A stretch of DNA of 64,000 nt from Sphyrna mokarran (Eukaryota), in contig JAGIQG010000040.1 of the NCBI GenBank assembly GCA_024679065.1, positions 2,480,001 through 2,544,000 of the forward strand. The letters are read 5' to 3'. A program made the translations under genes and the position numbers. The notes beneath the pieces are model-generated. The model searched no databases. It was not told where the DNA came from and worked only from the letters and a program-made list of their open reading frames with translations. Shown here piece by piece: positions 37,756-49,804 of the stretch (its first letter is position 1; every line of letters starts with the position of its first letter).

Positions 37756-38567
37756 TTAAGAAAGAGGAGTGAGTTAGAACATGTAGAAAACACAGGAAAT
37801 TCAGGAGCAACACAGAAAGAGCCAAAATTCAAAAATAGCGAATGTAATGTAATGTATTTTGGCGGGAAGAAATACTTGTTAACTAAATGGAGAATGACTG
37901 CAGAGGTCTTAGACTCAAGGGAGTCTGTGTGTCTTAGCGTGCGAATCATAAATGCTTGTTGGATATCTGGTTTGTGACATTAAAGTTGGCACATAAGAAA
38001 ATCAGAAATAGGAGCAGGAGTAGGGGGCCGTCAAGCCCTTCGAGCCTGCCCCGCCGCTCAATAAGATCACGGCTGATCTGCAGTGAATCAGTTCCACTTT
38101 CCCGCTTTCTCCCCATCACCCTTAATCCCCTTGTCCGTCAGAAACCTACCTACCCGTCACTTCAATGTATTCAGCGAGGTAGCCTTCGCCGCTTCAATGG
38201 GCAGGGAATTCCAGAGACTCACCCCACTTTGAGTGAAGAATTCAAGAGATTCACCACCCTCCTCAACTCAACTCAGGTTCAATTCATGTACCTGATGAGG
38301 ACATGCATGAAGTCGCCGTCACCTGAACCTTGACCCCTCTCCTGAGGTGCAGTGTGAGCCCCAGGTTAAATCGCACTCATCCTCTGTCGCTGTGATGACT
38401 TTAGCTCTATTCTTTCTGCCTAACGGCCTGAGAGCGCCCTCTGCTGAGCAGCTGCATCTTCGCAAGACACATAAATATACAGTCAGTCATCAGCGTGTTG
38501 CCGATCATTAGCTGGGATGCCTTGGCAATTTGATTTAGTGTACCTGAAAAGCGGTCCTGATGTCGAT

Positions 38568-39630
38568 GTATGTGGAAGCTATTGAAAGAGTGCAGAGGAG
38601 ATTTACGAGGATGCTTTTTTAGCTTTTATTGGCAGGGGGATTGAATTTAGGAGCCGCAGCAGTGCAGGAGTGCAGTTCTGGTCCCCACATTATAAGAAAG
38701 ATGTGGAGGCATTGGAGAGGGTACAGAGGAGGTTTACCAGGATGTTGCCTGGTATGGAGGGCAGGTCCTATGAAGAGAGGTTGAAGGATTTGAGGTTGTT
38801 TTCGTTAGAAAGGAGGCGGCTAAGAGGGGATCTTATTGAAGCATATAAGATGATTAGAGGTTTAGATAGGGTGGACAGTGATAGCCTTTTTCCTAGGATG
38901 GAGAAAGCTAGCACGAGGGGACACAGCTTTAAATTAAGGGGTATGAGTTATAGGACGGATATCAGAGGTAGGTTCTTTACTCAAAGAGTGATTAGGGAGT
39001 GGAATGCCCTGCCTGCAGCTGTTGTAGATGCGCCAAGTTTGGTGGCGTTTAAGAGGTTAGTTGATAAGTATATGGAAGAGAAGGGAATGGTTTAGTTTGG
39101 AGGGGCATTGCTTTTTATATTGGTCGGCGCAACATCGAAGGCCGAAGGGCCTGTTCTGTGCTGTAATGTTCTATGTTCTATGTTCTATGTTCTATGCTGC
39201 CTGGATTGGGAGGCATGCCTTATTGCAGATAGGTTTTGGGAGCTGTGTCTCTTCTCCCTGGAGAGACGTAGGTTGAGAGGCGACCTGATAGAGGTTTATA
39301 AAATGTTGAGAGGAATAGATAGGGTGGACTCTCAGAAGCTATTCCCCCGGGCTGAAACGGTCGCTACGAGAGGACACAGATTTAAGGTGCAGGGAAGCAA
39401 ATACAGAGGGGATGTTAGGGGTAAGTTTTTCACTCAGAGGTGGAGAGTGAATGGAATCGGCTGCCGTCGGTGGTGGTAGAGGAGAACTCGCTGGGGTCTT
39501 TTAAAAGACTTCTGGATGAGTATATGGGAACTAATGGGATAGGGGGTTATAGATAGGTCTGTGGCTTGGTAGATGTGATTGGCGCAACTCGTGGGCCGAA
39601 GGGCCTGTTTGTGCTGTAGTGTTCTATGTA
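38568..39630 (+). mobile_element. Nested CR1 elements (38616-39193 inserted into another subfamily)
   Basis: Host sequence resumes at atgctgcctgg; atgct on both sides. Confidence 0.82.
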
Positions 39631-40202
39631 TCTATATGGCTTCGTCCCCCAGAATACAAAGCATGTAGTGAGGAGGCTGCCCGGGACTCTGAATGTATTA
39701 GCAGACATTAGGATTGGAATCAAGTTGCAGGTTATTGCGAGATTACTTTCCCCCTTCAGCTGCTGTTTCAGCTATCCATTGCACCATTGCATCTTGGTGA
39801 CTTCGTCATGACATAGAATAATGGTAAAAATGAAAACAATAGTATTAGTCCAAAATTTCTCAACAAAATCGCCATTAAAACGATCACTATTATTTGTCAG
39901 CAATAAAATCTGGCTTTACAGGGAGGGAAATACATTAACACATAGAAGTTAGGAGCAGGAGTAGACCCTTACAACTTATCCTGCCGTTCATCATGATCAT
40001 GGCTGGTCAAGCGCATACCCTGATCCCTGTATCTCCCACATCCTCTGAGCCCCTTCGCCTCAAGAGCTACTCACTGAGAAGTGGGATAAAGATGAGGGTC
40101 GGAGTGAGATAATTCGCCACGATCCTCCCCGAGTTTGTAACTCTACAGTAAGAGAATTCCCCTGTCAGAGACAGAAATGCGGTTGCCCGTCCCACTGCAC
40201 TG

Positions 40203-40430
40203 CTGATCCAACCAATGACAGGAATGGAGGGGCAATCTGTCCAACCACGCAATCGCTTCAGAGTGAGAGCAACGAACGGAAGTTGTGGGCAGGAGTACTG
40301 CAGAATCAATATTGAGCGCGGGGTGCGGTGACTCTCAGCTGCACTGGTGGAGCGGAAATAGGTCCAGTTGAATCTATAGAAGTCTCTAAACATCCTGCAC
40401 CTGCCCGCTGTTCAGGTGTCTAACGACAAG
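40203..40430 (+). pseudogene. Possible highly decayed V pseudogene
   Basis: LIQPMTGMEGQSVQPRN and, at roughly V-domain spacing, LNILHLPAVQVSND. No WY, YYC or RSS remains. Confidence 0.35.
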
Positions 40431-40789
40431 CAGACCGGGAAGGACATGAAGCAAAGACAATCATTGGAGCTCTGAGCGCACAACGAGGCCAATCGCCCTT
40501 TCTATGCCTCCTTGGAGTTCACCAATTCATCTCTCAACATTTCATCATTCAGCGTTTTCCACATAGGCGGGATTTTTTTTTTTGCCGAAGACGGACACAA
40601 TTTCCACCTGAATGTTGAACGTCCTGACGTTATTTCAGACAGTTTGTTTGCAGCCTTGAACAAAGTGCGGTATAACAAGTAAATATGATCTCTCCCTGCG
40701 TTTCTTTCTCTTAATCTGGCACACGTGGATCATCGGTGGTGCTGATGCTTGAAATTATTTTGCGTGATCTATTGCACGTTCATGTCGCA

Positions 40790-41105
40790 CTCTATGTAAC
40801 CCCCATGACTTGCCCGGGTTTGCTAAACCTCACTTACTGTCCTGTCTGGAGACAATACACATCTCTTTAACCTGGGCTTAATGCTCCTTCCACTCACATT
40901 GTTAGCCACTTTAAGAGTTGAATAGCAGGTTAGGTGTAAAGATTCACATTCTAATCAGTAATCTCTAAACTGCCTATGCTGTTATATGCTCTGTCTGAGG
41001 CCAGAACCCTCCATTCGCCCGAAGAAAGGGGCAAACCTTGAAAGCTTGCAGGTTACTATCGAATAAATTGGTCGGGCTTAAATCTGGTGTTGTCAGACTT
41101 CTTGC
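40790..41105 (+). mobile_element. Penelope pLTR remnant
   Basis: Homology to 6260-6570; decayed hammerhead CCGAAGA-AAGG..CCTT-GAAAGCTT. Confidence 0.75.
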
Positions 41106-41844
41106 TATGCGGATACATGGACCTGGGTCGGATCTCCGACTTGGATTGGTGTCTGTGGAAGTTTGCACATTCTCCCCGTGCTTGCGTGGGGTTTCCCCGG
41201 GTGCTCCGGTTTCCTTCCACACCCCAAAAAACGTGCTTTTAGGCTCACTGGTGTCAACAAATGGTCCATAAATTAGACCTCCCCGAATCTGGCGTAGAGA
41301 AAAGTGATAGGTAGAAGAAGGTAGATGAGGCATTCACTGAATGTTAGAATGGCGGCGCGGGCTTGTTGGGCCGAAGGGCCTGTTTCCTGTGCTGTGTTGT
41401 TCTTTGTTCTTTTGTCCTTTTTATGGTTTAACAGTAGAGGATTGCTGATATTTTCTTGTACGATACGTTACAGGTTTCCACCAGACTGTCCGTGAGGAAA
41501 AATGGTACTAATCTTGTCTTTCATGGGCGGCAGAGTAAGATATCCAGGCACATACTCTCTAGGAGGGGATGTGCACCTTGTTCCATGAGTTTTAGACAAT
41601 AATTATTCATTCATGCTGATGAGAAACAAGAATATCTGTTTTCGTATTCGGATAATTTTTGTTTTTAAAATTCAATTTTTACACAGTTGTTTGCGGAAAC
41701 AGTGCGAGGGTGTTTCTGGAATGCAATGTTTTCCTTTCGGCGTGTGTTTGAGAGCGTGTGGAGGAGCTCCACACATTGAGGCTATACCTATTATTGACTT
41801 TGCGCAAATTAGAAAAAGTTGCAATTCCGACCTACATCACAAGG

Positions 41845-41883
41845 TGTTTTTGTACGGGTGTGAGAGTGTTCTCCGTCACTGTG
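41845..41883 (-). other. 23-RSS of V6
   Basis: CACAGTG + 23 nt + ACAAAAACA (near consensus). Confidence 0.93.
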
Positions 41884-42193
41884 CGTTCCCGCCCAGTAGC
41901 ACAATAGTACACGGCAGCATCAGTCAGCTGCAGACTCGAGATGTTGAGCTTTGTGTGTTTAGTCGCCGGCTGCACTTCAGCAGAGAAACGTGTTTTAGCA
42001 AAGCCTGCTTTGCTATCATCACCATAAGTATCCGTCCACAGTATAAATTCGCGTTGCACATCTGCGTGTCGCCGGTACCAGCTTAAGGTGCGCACTGTCC
42101 ATGCAGCATTGTAGGTGCAGGTTAGAGTTACAGATTGTCCTTCTGTCCTCACATCAAAGGGCGGTTGAGAAAGAGATGCTCTTCTACCCCTAA
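41884..42193 (-). CDS. TCR V exon, delta-like (V6)
   Basis: VRGRRASLSQPPFDVRTEGQSVTLTCTY..LSWYRR..EFIL..FAKTRFS..LNISSLQLTDAAVYYCATGRE. The long CDR2 region suggests a Vdelta type (inference). Confidence 0.92.
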
Positions 42194-42308
42194 CTAGAAA
42201 AAAAACCACGATCAAATCAGGAAAAATAAAGCTAAATGCGTTTCAATTTTAAACTGAAACCTCATTTGTAATGGAAAGAAGTATAAAATGTGTCCGGTCC
42301 TTTATCAC

Positions 42309-42354
42309 CTGTCAGAAATGATCCCCATACAACCCAGATGCTGAGCAGCTGCAT
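42309..42354 (-). CDS. Leader exon of V6 (MQLLSIWVVWGSFLT-)
   Basis: 46-nt phase-1 exon, G|gtgata donor, 115-bp intron ending ttttctag. Confidence 0.87.
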
Positions 42355-42586
42355 TGTCGCTGTCTGCTCTCTAAAGGGGGACTTCGATGTTTGAAGATAC
42401 CCCATTCTAATCAATAATCTGCCGCATGATGCCCTGAACACACCTCTTTCTGTGCCTCTGGTGAGAAGGCTGAGAGCAAATGGATGGGCGGCAGAAAACC
42501 TCTGTACGGGGGAGGGGCGGTGTTTCCACTGTGACTTATTGTTGTATGGGCATGGACAGACTCAACCTTGGACTGAGCTTTTGATG

Positions 42587-43145
42587 AACATAGAACATAG
42601 AACACTACAGCACAAACAGGCCCTTCGGCCCACGAGTTGCGCCGATCACATCTACCAATCCACAGACCTATCTATAACCCCCTATCCTATTCTTTTCCAT
42701 ATGCTCATCCAGAAGTCTCTTAAAAGACCCCAGTGAGTTCGCCTCAACAACCTCCGATGGCAGCCGATTCCATTCACTCACCACCCTCTGAGTGAAAAAC
42801 TTACCCCCAACATCTCCTCTGTATTTGCTTCCCTGCACCTTAAATCTGTGTCCTCTTGTAGTGACCATTTCAGCTCGGCGAAATAGCCTCTGAGAGTCCA
42901 CCCTATCTATTCCTCTCAACATTTTATAAACCTCTATCAGGTCGCCTCTCAATCTATGTCTCTCCAGGGAGAAGAGTCCCAGCTCTCTCAACCTATCTTC
43001 ATAAGGCCTGCCTCCCAATCCAGGCAGCATCCTTGTAAATCTCCCCTGCACTCTCTCAACAGCCTCTACATCCTTCCTATAATGAGGCGACCAGAACTGC
43101 GCACAATACTCCAACTGGGGTCTGACAAGAATCTTATAGAGCTGA
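42587..43145 (-). mobile_element. CR1 3' fragment upstream of V6
   Basis: ORF 42668-43114. Confidence 0.88.
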
Positions 43146-43964
43146 CTTAATGTTATACAATTCTTTTTAACTTCACCATTAGGAAACTCGGAAAATTTTT
43201 AATTTTATCATTTAACACATTGATCTCTCACAAATAATCTATCAATGAAATTCTAGGTTGTGGGAATTCTTAAAAATTCATGATATTGGTGCAATGATGT
43301 CATTTGTTCTGATCGAAGCGATTAGACAGTTATAAATAATAAACGTTCCTTTTAAATTAAAGACCATTTCATGTTCTTTTGCCTGGACTCTTCACGTTTT
43401 ATGTTAATTCCATGTTTCATTGTGGTTATAATCATTTATCGATCCTTATCGAATCTTCGTACTTTGGATTTGCCTCGACAGACAGAGGGAGGCAAAGAGG
43501 GCGCCAAGTGGATTCACAGCTCCCAGTGGGTGGTATAGTGTGGATTCTCATGCAGAAGGACACAACAGCATCGCAAAATGAAACTCAGTCCACGCAATAG
43601 TCATTGGGATCACCACAGGATATGGATTACATAAAGAAAGCAGCTATAATATGTTTTAGTTCGTCTTTAGTTCTTCGTTGATCTCTCCAATCAATGGTTT
43701 TTACCTGGTTCAGAAGCCAGATTATGTCTTTCATTCACGTTTTTAATATTCCTCTCATCATCGTCTACATGTTACCTCTCCTCTCCTACCTGTTTCTTTG
43801 CAGCTGCAGTAATTCCTTAGAAGCTGCATGCTTTATCCTGATACTTATTGCCCGATGGTAGATGAAGCAGGTATGTTGGTTCTAACATTTAAAATTCTAT
43901 TTGTTCCTAAATTTGCTAGTTTTGTTTTGCCGAGAAAGCAACGAACTCGCTGCCCGAAGACTGA

Positions 43965-44309
43965 TCAGTAAGATCATTAAGTAAGATCATCAGTAAGATC
44001 AGTAAGATAATTGGCAACACCAATTTTAAATCCAACCGATTTATTTGATAGTAAACTTGCTAGCTTTCGGCGTTTGTGCCTTCGTCAGGCGAATGAGGTG
44101 TTCTGGTCTCCAAAAGCACACATATCAGCACAGACAGCACGTATTAGCACAGACGTGTGCTTTTGGAGACCAGAACATCTCATTCGCCCGACGAAGGCAC
44201 AAACGCCGAAAGCTAGCAAGTTTACTATCAAATAAATCGGTTGGATTTAAAATTGGTGTTGCCAGACCCCTTACTGAGCTTACCCCAGACCAACGCCGGC
44301 ATCTCTACA
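43965..44309. mobile_element. Penelope-derived hairpin element with two opposed hammerhead motifs
   Basis: ~110-bp inverted arms (44012-44121 / 44155-44264); tail ccaacgccggcatctctaca. Confidence 0.85.
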
Positions 44310-44341
44310 CTGAGGCTGATCCACAACGTATTCTGTGACTC

Positions 44342-44356
44342 GCCGCCCTCTGGTGG
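44342..44356 (-). promoter_or_regulatory. Putative CTCF site
   Basis: GCCGCCCTCTGGTGG on +. Confidence 0.6.
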
Positions 44357-44694
44357 GCATTCCCAGAAGGTAGAAAATCGATACAGTTGATGTGTTCACA
44401 ATTTTGTCTTTTACAGAGTGAAATATAACATTATAGATGCACTTTAAAGCCATCTCATTCTTCTGTCTGAAATGCGAAGGACGACAGCTCTGTGACGGAA
44501 TTCCCAGCGCACAGATCTGGAAAAGGGTCTTTGTCTGGAGGAGGTGGAGTAAAAAATAAAATTCTCCACCTTAGGTGCAGACTAAATTTGAAAAACAAGT
44601 TATGAGTAAAAACGCAGTCGAATTTATAATTGCAAATTGTTGAAAGCGAACGATTACCCTGCAGAAAGCTGCACGTTGTAGTTCCTCACTGCCA

Positions 44695-44708
44695 CCGCCA
44701 GAGGGCAG
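44695..44708 (+). promoter_or_regulatory. Putative CTCF site
   Basis: CCGCCAGAGGGCAG. Confidence 0.55.
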
Positions 44709-45464
44709 TGAGATACCAGGTTGGATTCAATATCGGGGCGAATTCCAGACTCTCAACTGGGGCCAGTAATAAATTTCGAGAAAATGTACTTAAAACAGCA
44801 AATGTCGAAACAGAAATGTTATTTTAGCATTGATAGTAAACTTGTGTTGTTTAACGGCACACAATATGATGAATTGTCAAAGTTGCTATTACTGTTGCTG
44901 TGGTGCAAATATTCTCGTTCATCCAGCTTGACTTTCGGCATTCTTTGTACAGTGTAGCGTGTACTTTAGATAGAAAAATGTCCAGTCCCAAACAGTCGAG
45001 TCAGCTACATTGGGCGGATATTTTCCTGGAACTTTAAATCCACAAACGCTGATGTGCTGTGTTTTTCAATGATTTACGTTTTCGCCTGAGATGTTTGAGC
45101 TGCTTTGGAGAAAACTGATGAGTTACATTTTTGTTAAGCACGCGTAAAAGTGGGCTTGTTGATTTAAGGGCATGACTCTTACTTAGGGTATTTTAAGCGA
45201 CTAACATGCGAGAGACCGAATTGTTTCCCCTTGCCCATGTAAATTATCGTGATTTGTTTATTGGCAAATTCCCGGGATTAATTTCTGCTGGCCAGCTTTG
45301 AAAAACAGTCAAAGAATTTTACAGCAAGGAAAGAGGCCCTTCAATCCTTCAGCCCACCAGCCCTTCGGCCATCATTCCGCCGACTATCAGCCCTCAGGGC
45401 TCGACAGTTCAACTCTATTTCTCTTTCCACAGGTAATAGTTATATTTCTATTAATATTTTATAT

Positions 45465-45960
45465 TAGAATGTTCACTAGGCTGATACCGGAGATGAGGGT
45501 GTTGGATTATGAATTGAGACTAAATAGGCTAGGTTTGTACTCTTTGGAGTTTAGAAGGTTGAGAGGGGATCTTATAGAGACATATAAGATAATGAAGGGG
45601 ATGGATAGGGGAGAGGTTGAGAGACTCTTCCCGCTGAGCAAAGATAGCAGGACTAGAGGGCACAGCCTCAAGATTTGGGGGGGGGGGGGTCGGTTAGATC
45701 AGAGTTGAGGAGGAATTTCTTCACGCAAAGGGTGGTGAATCTTTGGAATTCTCTGTTGAAGTGATGGAGGCTTCCTCGCTGAATATACTTAAGTCAAGAG
45801 TGGATAAGCTTTTGATTGAGAAGGGAATTAAGGGTGACGGGGAGAAAGCGGGAAAGTGGTACTGAACCACTGCAGATCAGCCATGATCTTATTGAATGGC
45901 GGGGCAGGCTCGAAGGGCTGGATGGCCTACTCCTGCTCCTATTTCTTATGTTCTTATGTA
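45465..45960 (+). mobile_element. CR1 3' fragment
   Basis: RMFTRLIPEM..RRLRGDLIETYKI. Confidence 0.82.
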
Positions 45961-46649
45961 CTGCCAGACTTACTGAAATAATTCAGCAATTTCTGTCTTC
46001 CTATCAGATTTCCAGTATTTTGTTTTATATTCGATCCGATTTGAGTAATGCCAGTTGCTTGGCAGCGAATATTCAAGTACTAGAGTCTTTGTTGTGTTTA
46101 TATTGGAGTAGAAATTAGAACAAAGAACAAAGAACAAAACAGCACGGGAAACAGGCCCTTCGGCTCAACGAGCCCACGCCACCACCCCGATGTTCCCACC
46201 TCTACTCGCGATCCCTGTCCATGTTTATAGATCTATGGATTAAAAACCAAATTTGAGACAATTTAGGGAGAATTTGTTTTGCCAATTAGCCTAAGAGCAC
46301 ATCTTTGGGATGTGGGAGGAAACCGGAGCACCCGGAGAAAACCCACGCAAGCACGGGGAGAATGCGCAAACTCCCACAGACACAGGCCCAAATCCATGTA
46401 TCTGCACAGCACAGCGATAGTCACTGAGCTGTCGTGTTGCCCATCAAATGGTCCAGGTCAAGCGTACACTAACGACGTGAAGCACTAGGATACTCTCGAA
46501 AAAAAATCCAAGAGCAGCCCTCTCACGACCCATCGCGTGTATGCCCCTTGTTAGACAACAAGGTGGACCAAAGCACCTGTAGGATAAAAACAAGTACATC
46601 AATATCATCATCTATTTACACACTTCCCAGGGACTCCCAAGGCTCATGA

Positions 46650-47975
46650 TTCCTATTTTAAATCAGTTTTCTATACCCCTCCATTCCCATTCTGTTCATG
46701 TGCCCATCTAAGTATTTCTTAAATAACTCCAGAGTACCTGCCTCCACCACTTTACTTGGCAGCGCATTCCATACCCTCACCACCCTCTGTGTGAAAAAAC
46801 TCCCTCTAGCATCCAAATTATACCTTACCCCCCTCACCCTAAGCCCGTGACCCCTCGTGCCATTCGAGTCCATCCTAGGAAAAAGCTTAACCCTGTTTAC
46901 TCTATCTATACCCTCATAATCTTGTACACCTCTATAGATCTCCTCTAAGTCTACGCCTTTCTAAGGAAAACATCCAATTTGCCTAACCTCTCCTCGTAAC
47001 TCAGACCTTCCATACCAGGCAGCATCCTGGTAAACCTCCTCTGCACTCTCTCCAGAGTCTCCACGTCCTTCCGGTAGTAAGGCGACCAGAACTGGACGAA
47101 TATTCCAAATGAGGTCTAACCAACGTTTTATACAACTGCAACATTAAAGGCCAGCTCTTGTACTCTATACCCCTTCCTATAAAGGCTAACATACTATATG
47201 CTTTCTTCACAACCTTCTCCACTTGCTCTGCCACCTTCAGAGACTTGTTCACCTGCACCCCCAGGTCCCTCTGCGTTTCTATACTCTTAATAGGTCTACC
47301 CTTTATCATATACCTCCCCCCTACATTCTTTCTCCCGAAATGCATCACCTCACATTTATCAGGATTGAATTCCATCTGCCATCTATCTGCCCAAGCTACC
47401 AGCCTATCTATGTCCTGCTGCATCGCCTGACAATGCTCCTCACTATCCGCAAGTCCAGCCATCTTTGTATCGTCTGCAAACTTGCTGATCACTCCACTTA
47501 CTCCCTCTTCCAAGTCATTTATATATATTACAAATAGAAGAGGTCCCAGTACCGAGCCCTGCGGCACACCACTAGTGACCGACCTCCAGCTAGAAAAACA
47601 CCCTTCCACTATTACTCTCTGTCTCCTATTACCAAGCCAGTTACTTATCCATCTAGCTACCTGTCCTTGTATCCCGTTAGCCTTGACCTTCTCAACTAAC
47701 CTCCCATGAGGGACTTTGCAAACGCCTTACTAAAATCCATATAGACGACATCAACGGGTCGCCCTTCGTCCACCGTTTTCGTTACCTCCTCAAAAAAATC
47801 TACCAGATTTGTAAGGCACGACCTCCCCTTAACAAATCCAGGCTACGTATCCCTAATCAGATCACAACACTCTAAGTGCCTATACATCCTATCTCTAAGG
47901 ATCCCGTCCAACAGCTTCCCTACCACTGACGTCAAACTCACCGGTCTATAATTTCCAGGGTTATCCCTACTACCA
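46650..47975 (-). mobile_element. CR1 LINE RT/3' fragment
   Basis: [18 protein letters not shown]. Confidence 0.9.
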
Positions 47976-48923
47976 TATACTCCATTTTCTCCACAGCCTG
48001 TTCACAGAGGTTGCAACGTAACAGGGGGATATCATTCTTTCATTTTAATAACATCTGTTTAGATGAAATACATAATAATTGTTTATTTGGATTGAGATAA
48101 TTTGTTCTGGACCAGAATCTTACAGAGGATACATTTGTGTCTGGGGAACAGGACGGTGCTGATTGAGCAGAATATTTGGAGGGTGCCTGAATTGGCTCAG
48201 TGTGAGTTTCCTGCAGTGGGCACTTCTGATTGTGTGATTCTGCACCGTTGTGCTGCAGAGTAATGGAAGTCTCCAATCTCTGTGCTACTTTCATGATCTG
48301 TAAATCACGGAGATATTGTCTTGTTTCAATGTTCTAGTGATTTTCCGAATTGGAGACTGTCCTGGGTTCTTACACCTGGCCAGTGCGAAAGAAAGGAGAA
48401 ATGTACGGATGAATGGGGGGAGGGGATGGCGGTGGGGGGGGGGGGGGGGGTTGGGTGGTAGAGGGTAGGAAGTGCAGTTGTTTCTAGGCTGATAATTCCT
48501 AAAACATGCCTGCACTACTGAAAGCCAGTTAGCATCCCTGAAGGACATTTTGGAATCTGGTTAGACTCTGTGCTGAAATGAATGAAGAAAAGAGCCTAAC
48601 CTTGGGGGGAAATGACCAATGATGAAACAGGCAAGTCCTAAGGCATGGTGCTGTGATGTAGGCTATGTCTCTACAATTCTTTTAGTAAGCTGTCTATTTA
48701 AAAAAAGGCAATTTTCTTGAATATTGCCCCTGACACTGATAAAGGGTGCTCAAGTGGTTCTGCTCCTCAGTAAACTGTACACGGGGAAAACAAGAATGTG
48801 GTTCATTCATTATTATACATAAAAGTAAAATTGTTGAAATGTGTTTATTCATGGCTATCAGTCCTCGTCAGTACAATGCAATGGATAGACAATTAAATTT
48901 TTCTCTTGTTAACCTGTGTTTTC

Positions 48924-49023
48924 NNNNNNNNNNNNNNNNNNNNNNNNNNNNNNNNNNNNNNNNNNNNNNNNNNNNNNNNNNNNNNNNNNNNNNNNNNNNN
49001 NNNNNNNNNNNNNNNNNNNNNNN
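48924..49023. other. Assembly gap (100 N)
   Basis: Run of N. Confidence 1.
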
Positions 49024-49804
49024 TACATTTTCTAAGGTGGAGACACAAGGAGAAGACTGAAGCTCTCTTCAATTCGCAGAACCACAGTCAGACAAGATAC
49101 AAGAATTTACAGGGAAAGAAAGACAGTAGAAAAATTGTGCTGAAATCATTGAGAGATCCCTTCAACTGTGACATCTGGTATGAAATTCAATGATATTGAT
49201 GAATACTCGAGTTGTTTCTATTAAAAAGTCCGAAGAAAAATAATTAATTTAATCGTGGCGAGAAATCATGATTATTCCAACATTAAAATATTTTGAAATG
49301 AATATCGTGATTTGATCTTGAAGATTGAGAATGTAACTTCCTTTATTTGAGCAAGAAACTTGCCACAATTATTTGGTATCTCATCCCTTATATTGGTATT
49401 TACAATTTGGGAAAATATTTATATCTATCCACATGTCAAATATTAAATTCTAATCTTTGTTGAAGCAGAAGTATTATTCTACGGTTTATTATTATTATTA
49501 AGTATTATTCTATGTTTTATTCTAAAGATGAATAAAACAGGTAGGAGACAGGGAGAAAGTGAGAATGTGCCATTCATTGATCTGATACCTATAGCAAAAT
49601 CAGTGCTAAAACATCAGTATTGCGCGAATCGGCAGTCGTAAAACAGACGGGAACAATAATAGTGATACTCAATTTCTGGAATTAACAGTTGTATCGATAA
49701 AATCACCAGAAATACGAGTAGCAGTGAGGAGATAGTAAATGACAAGGATATTAATAGTGTTAAAACGTATCTTGTCTAATTAATAACTGGATGCATAGAC
49801 TTAC

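Noticed and set aside
10670-42354. NAR-TCR, IgHV or TAILV-type segments, and D/J segments
   Set aside because: All intact V segments have their own leader and TCR-like frameworks. I saw no IgH-type WVRQ/octamer features, no 12-RSS and no FGxG J motif; a by-eye search may miss decayed ones.
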